64,000 nt of DNA. It comes from Marsupella aquatica. Its lineage: Eukaryota > Plantae > Marchantiophyta. The translations under genes were made by a program, and so were the position numbers. The notes beneath the pieces were generated by a model, which saw only the letters and a list, made by a program, of their open reading frames with translations, did not search any database and was not told where the DNA came from. The stretch is from contig OZ316891.1 of assembly GCA_973895155.1 (NCBI GenBank), forward strand, positions 27,813,561-27,877,560. Reading direction: 5' to 3'. Shown piece after piece: positions 63,400 through 64,000 of this stretch (its first letter is position 1; every line of letters starts with the position of its first letter).

Positions 63400-63509
63400 G
63401 TATCTGGTTTTTACAATATGTTAGCTGGATTATAGCATGTTCATGGCATGTTCATCTTGGAACAAGCTTAGTTTATTGTCTTGTAGAGATGTGTAAATGA
63501 TTAGTGTAT

Positions 63510-63775
63510 AGTATTTGATAGAATTGAGTGGAATACACCACATGCCAAATAAAAGTACATTTCACATAATGACCAGTGACAAGTAAAAGTACAAGTGTGC
63601 AAGTGTTGAAAGCATGTTGATCCCATAACATGGTTACGTTTTTGTCTTGTAGTGATGCCTAAATGACTATTGCATTGTATTTGATAGGATTGACTAATAC
63701 AGCAAATGCCAAATAAAAGTTCATTTCACATAATGACTAAGAAAAGAACAAGTGCACAAGTCTTGAAAAGTTGTG
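63510..63775. repeat. ~167-bp diverged tandem duplication
   Basis: TTTGATAG.ATTGA..ATGCCAAATAAAAGT.CATTTCACATAATGAC occurs twice. Confidence 0.8.
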
Positions 63776-64000
63776 CACATAAGGAACAAATTCTAACCTG
63801 CCCTAATGACACTCAATCTACCAAGCATTGTGTATGTAACTTCGAGAAGATTCTCATTTGCTTTAGGTAATGACAATAGAAACCATAAGCTTAGCAATCA
63901 AAATATGAGAAGTATTTTAAGCATGAGGTGCCCACATCTCAAAGTTTCAAAACTCTCTCACATTCACTATATTTGGCAGAAATTAGATAAAATTTGCTAA

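Overview
Eukaryotic plant nuclear DNA. The intron-rich genes and protein sequences suggest a non-seed land plant, probably a bryophyte (inference). Four spliced housekeeping genes can be reconstructed: WDR6 (-, 14125-24784), cytosolic ribosomal protein eL24/RPL24 (+, 35646-36631), a mitochondrial-type uL24 (-, 41497-43898) and the ADAL/MAPDA N6-methyl-AMP deaminase (+, 58201-62029). A young full-length Ty1/copia element (26755-32868, -) lies between the divergent WDR6 and RPL24 genes; it has 457-bp near-identical LTRs, a GAGGA target-site duplication (TSD), a Met-i primer-binding site and a polypurine tract. Three related solo LTRs each keep their own 5-bp TSD. Intergenic DNA is full of MITE, foldback and tandem repeats. 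Most notable observations: (1) a nested head-to-tail ladder of five progressively longer copies sharing one fixed end at 37898-38399, inserted in a hairpin loop with a near-TSD; (2) a 9x18-bp MYB/GTAC array in the U3 of the young LTR only; (3) an antisense lectin-receptor-kinase pseudogene fragment filling intron 1 of uL24; (4) a tandem array of three candidate hairpins downstream of RPL24; (5) an in-frame TGA at the gag/pol junction. All alignments were done by eye and no database searches were run.
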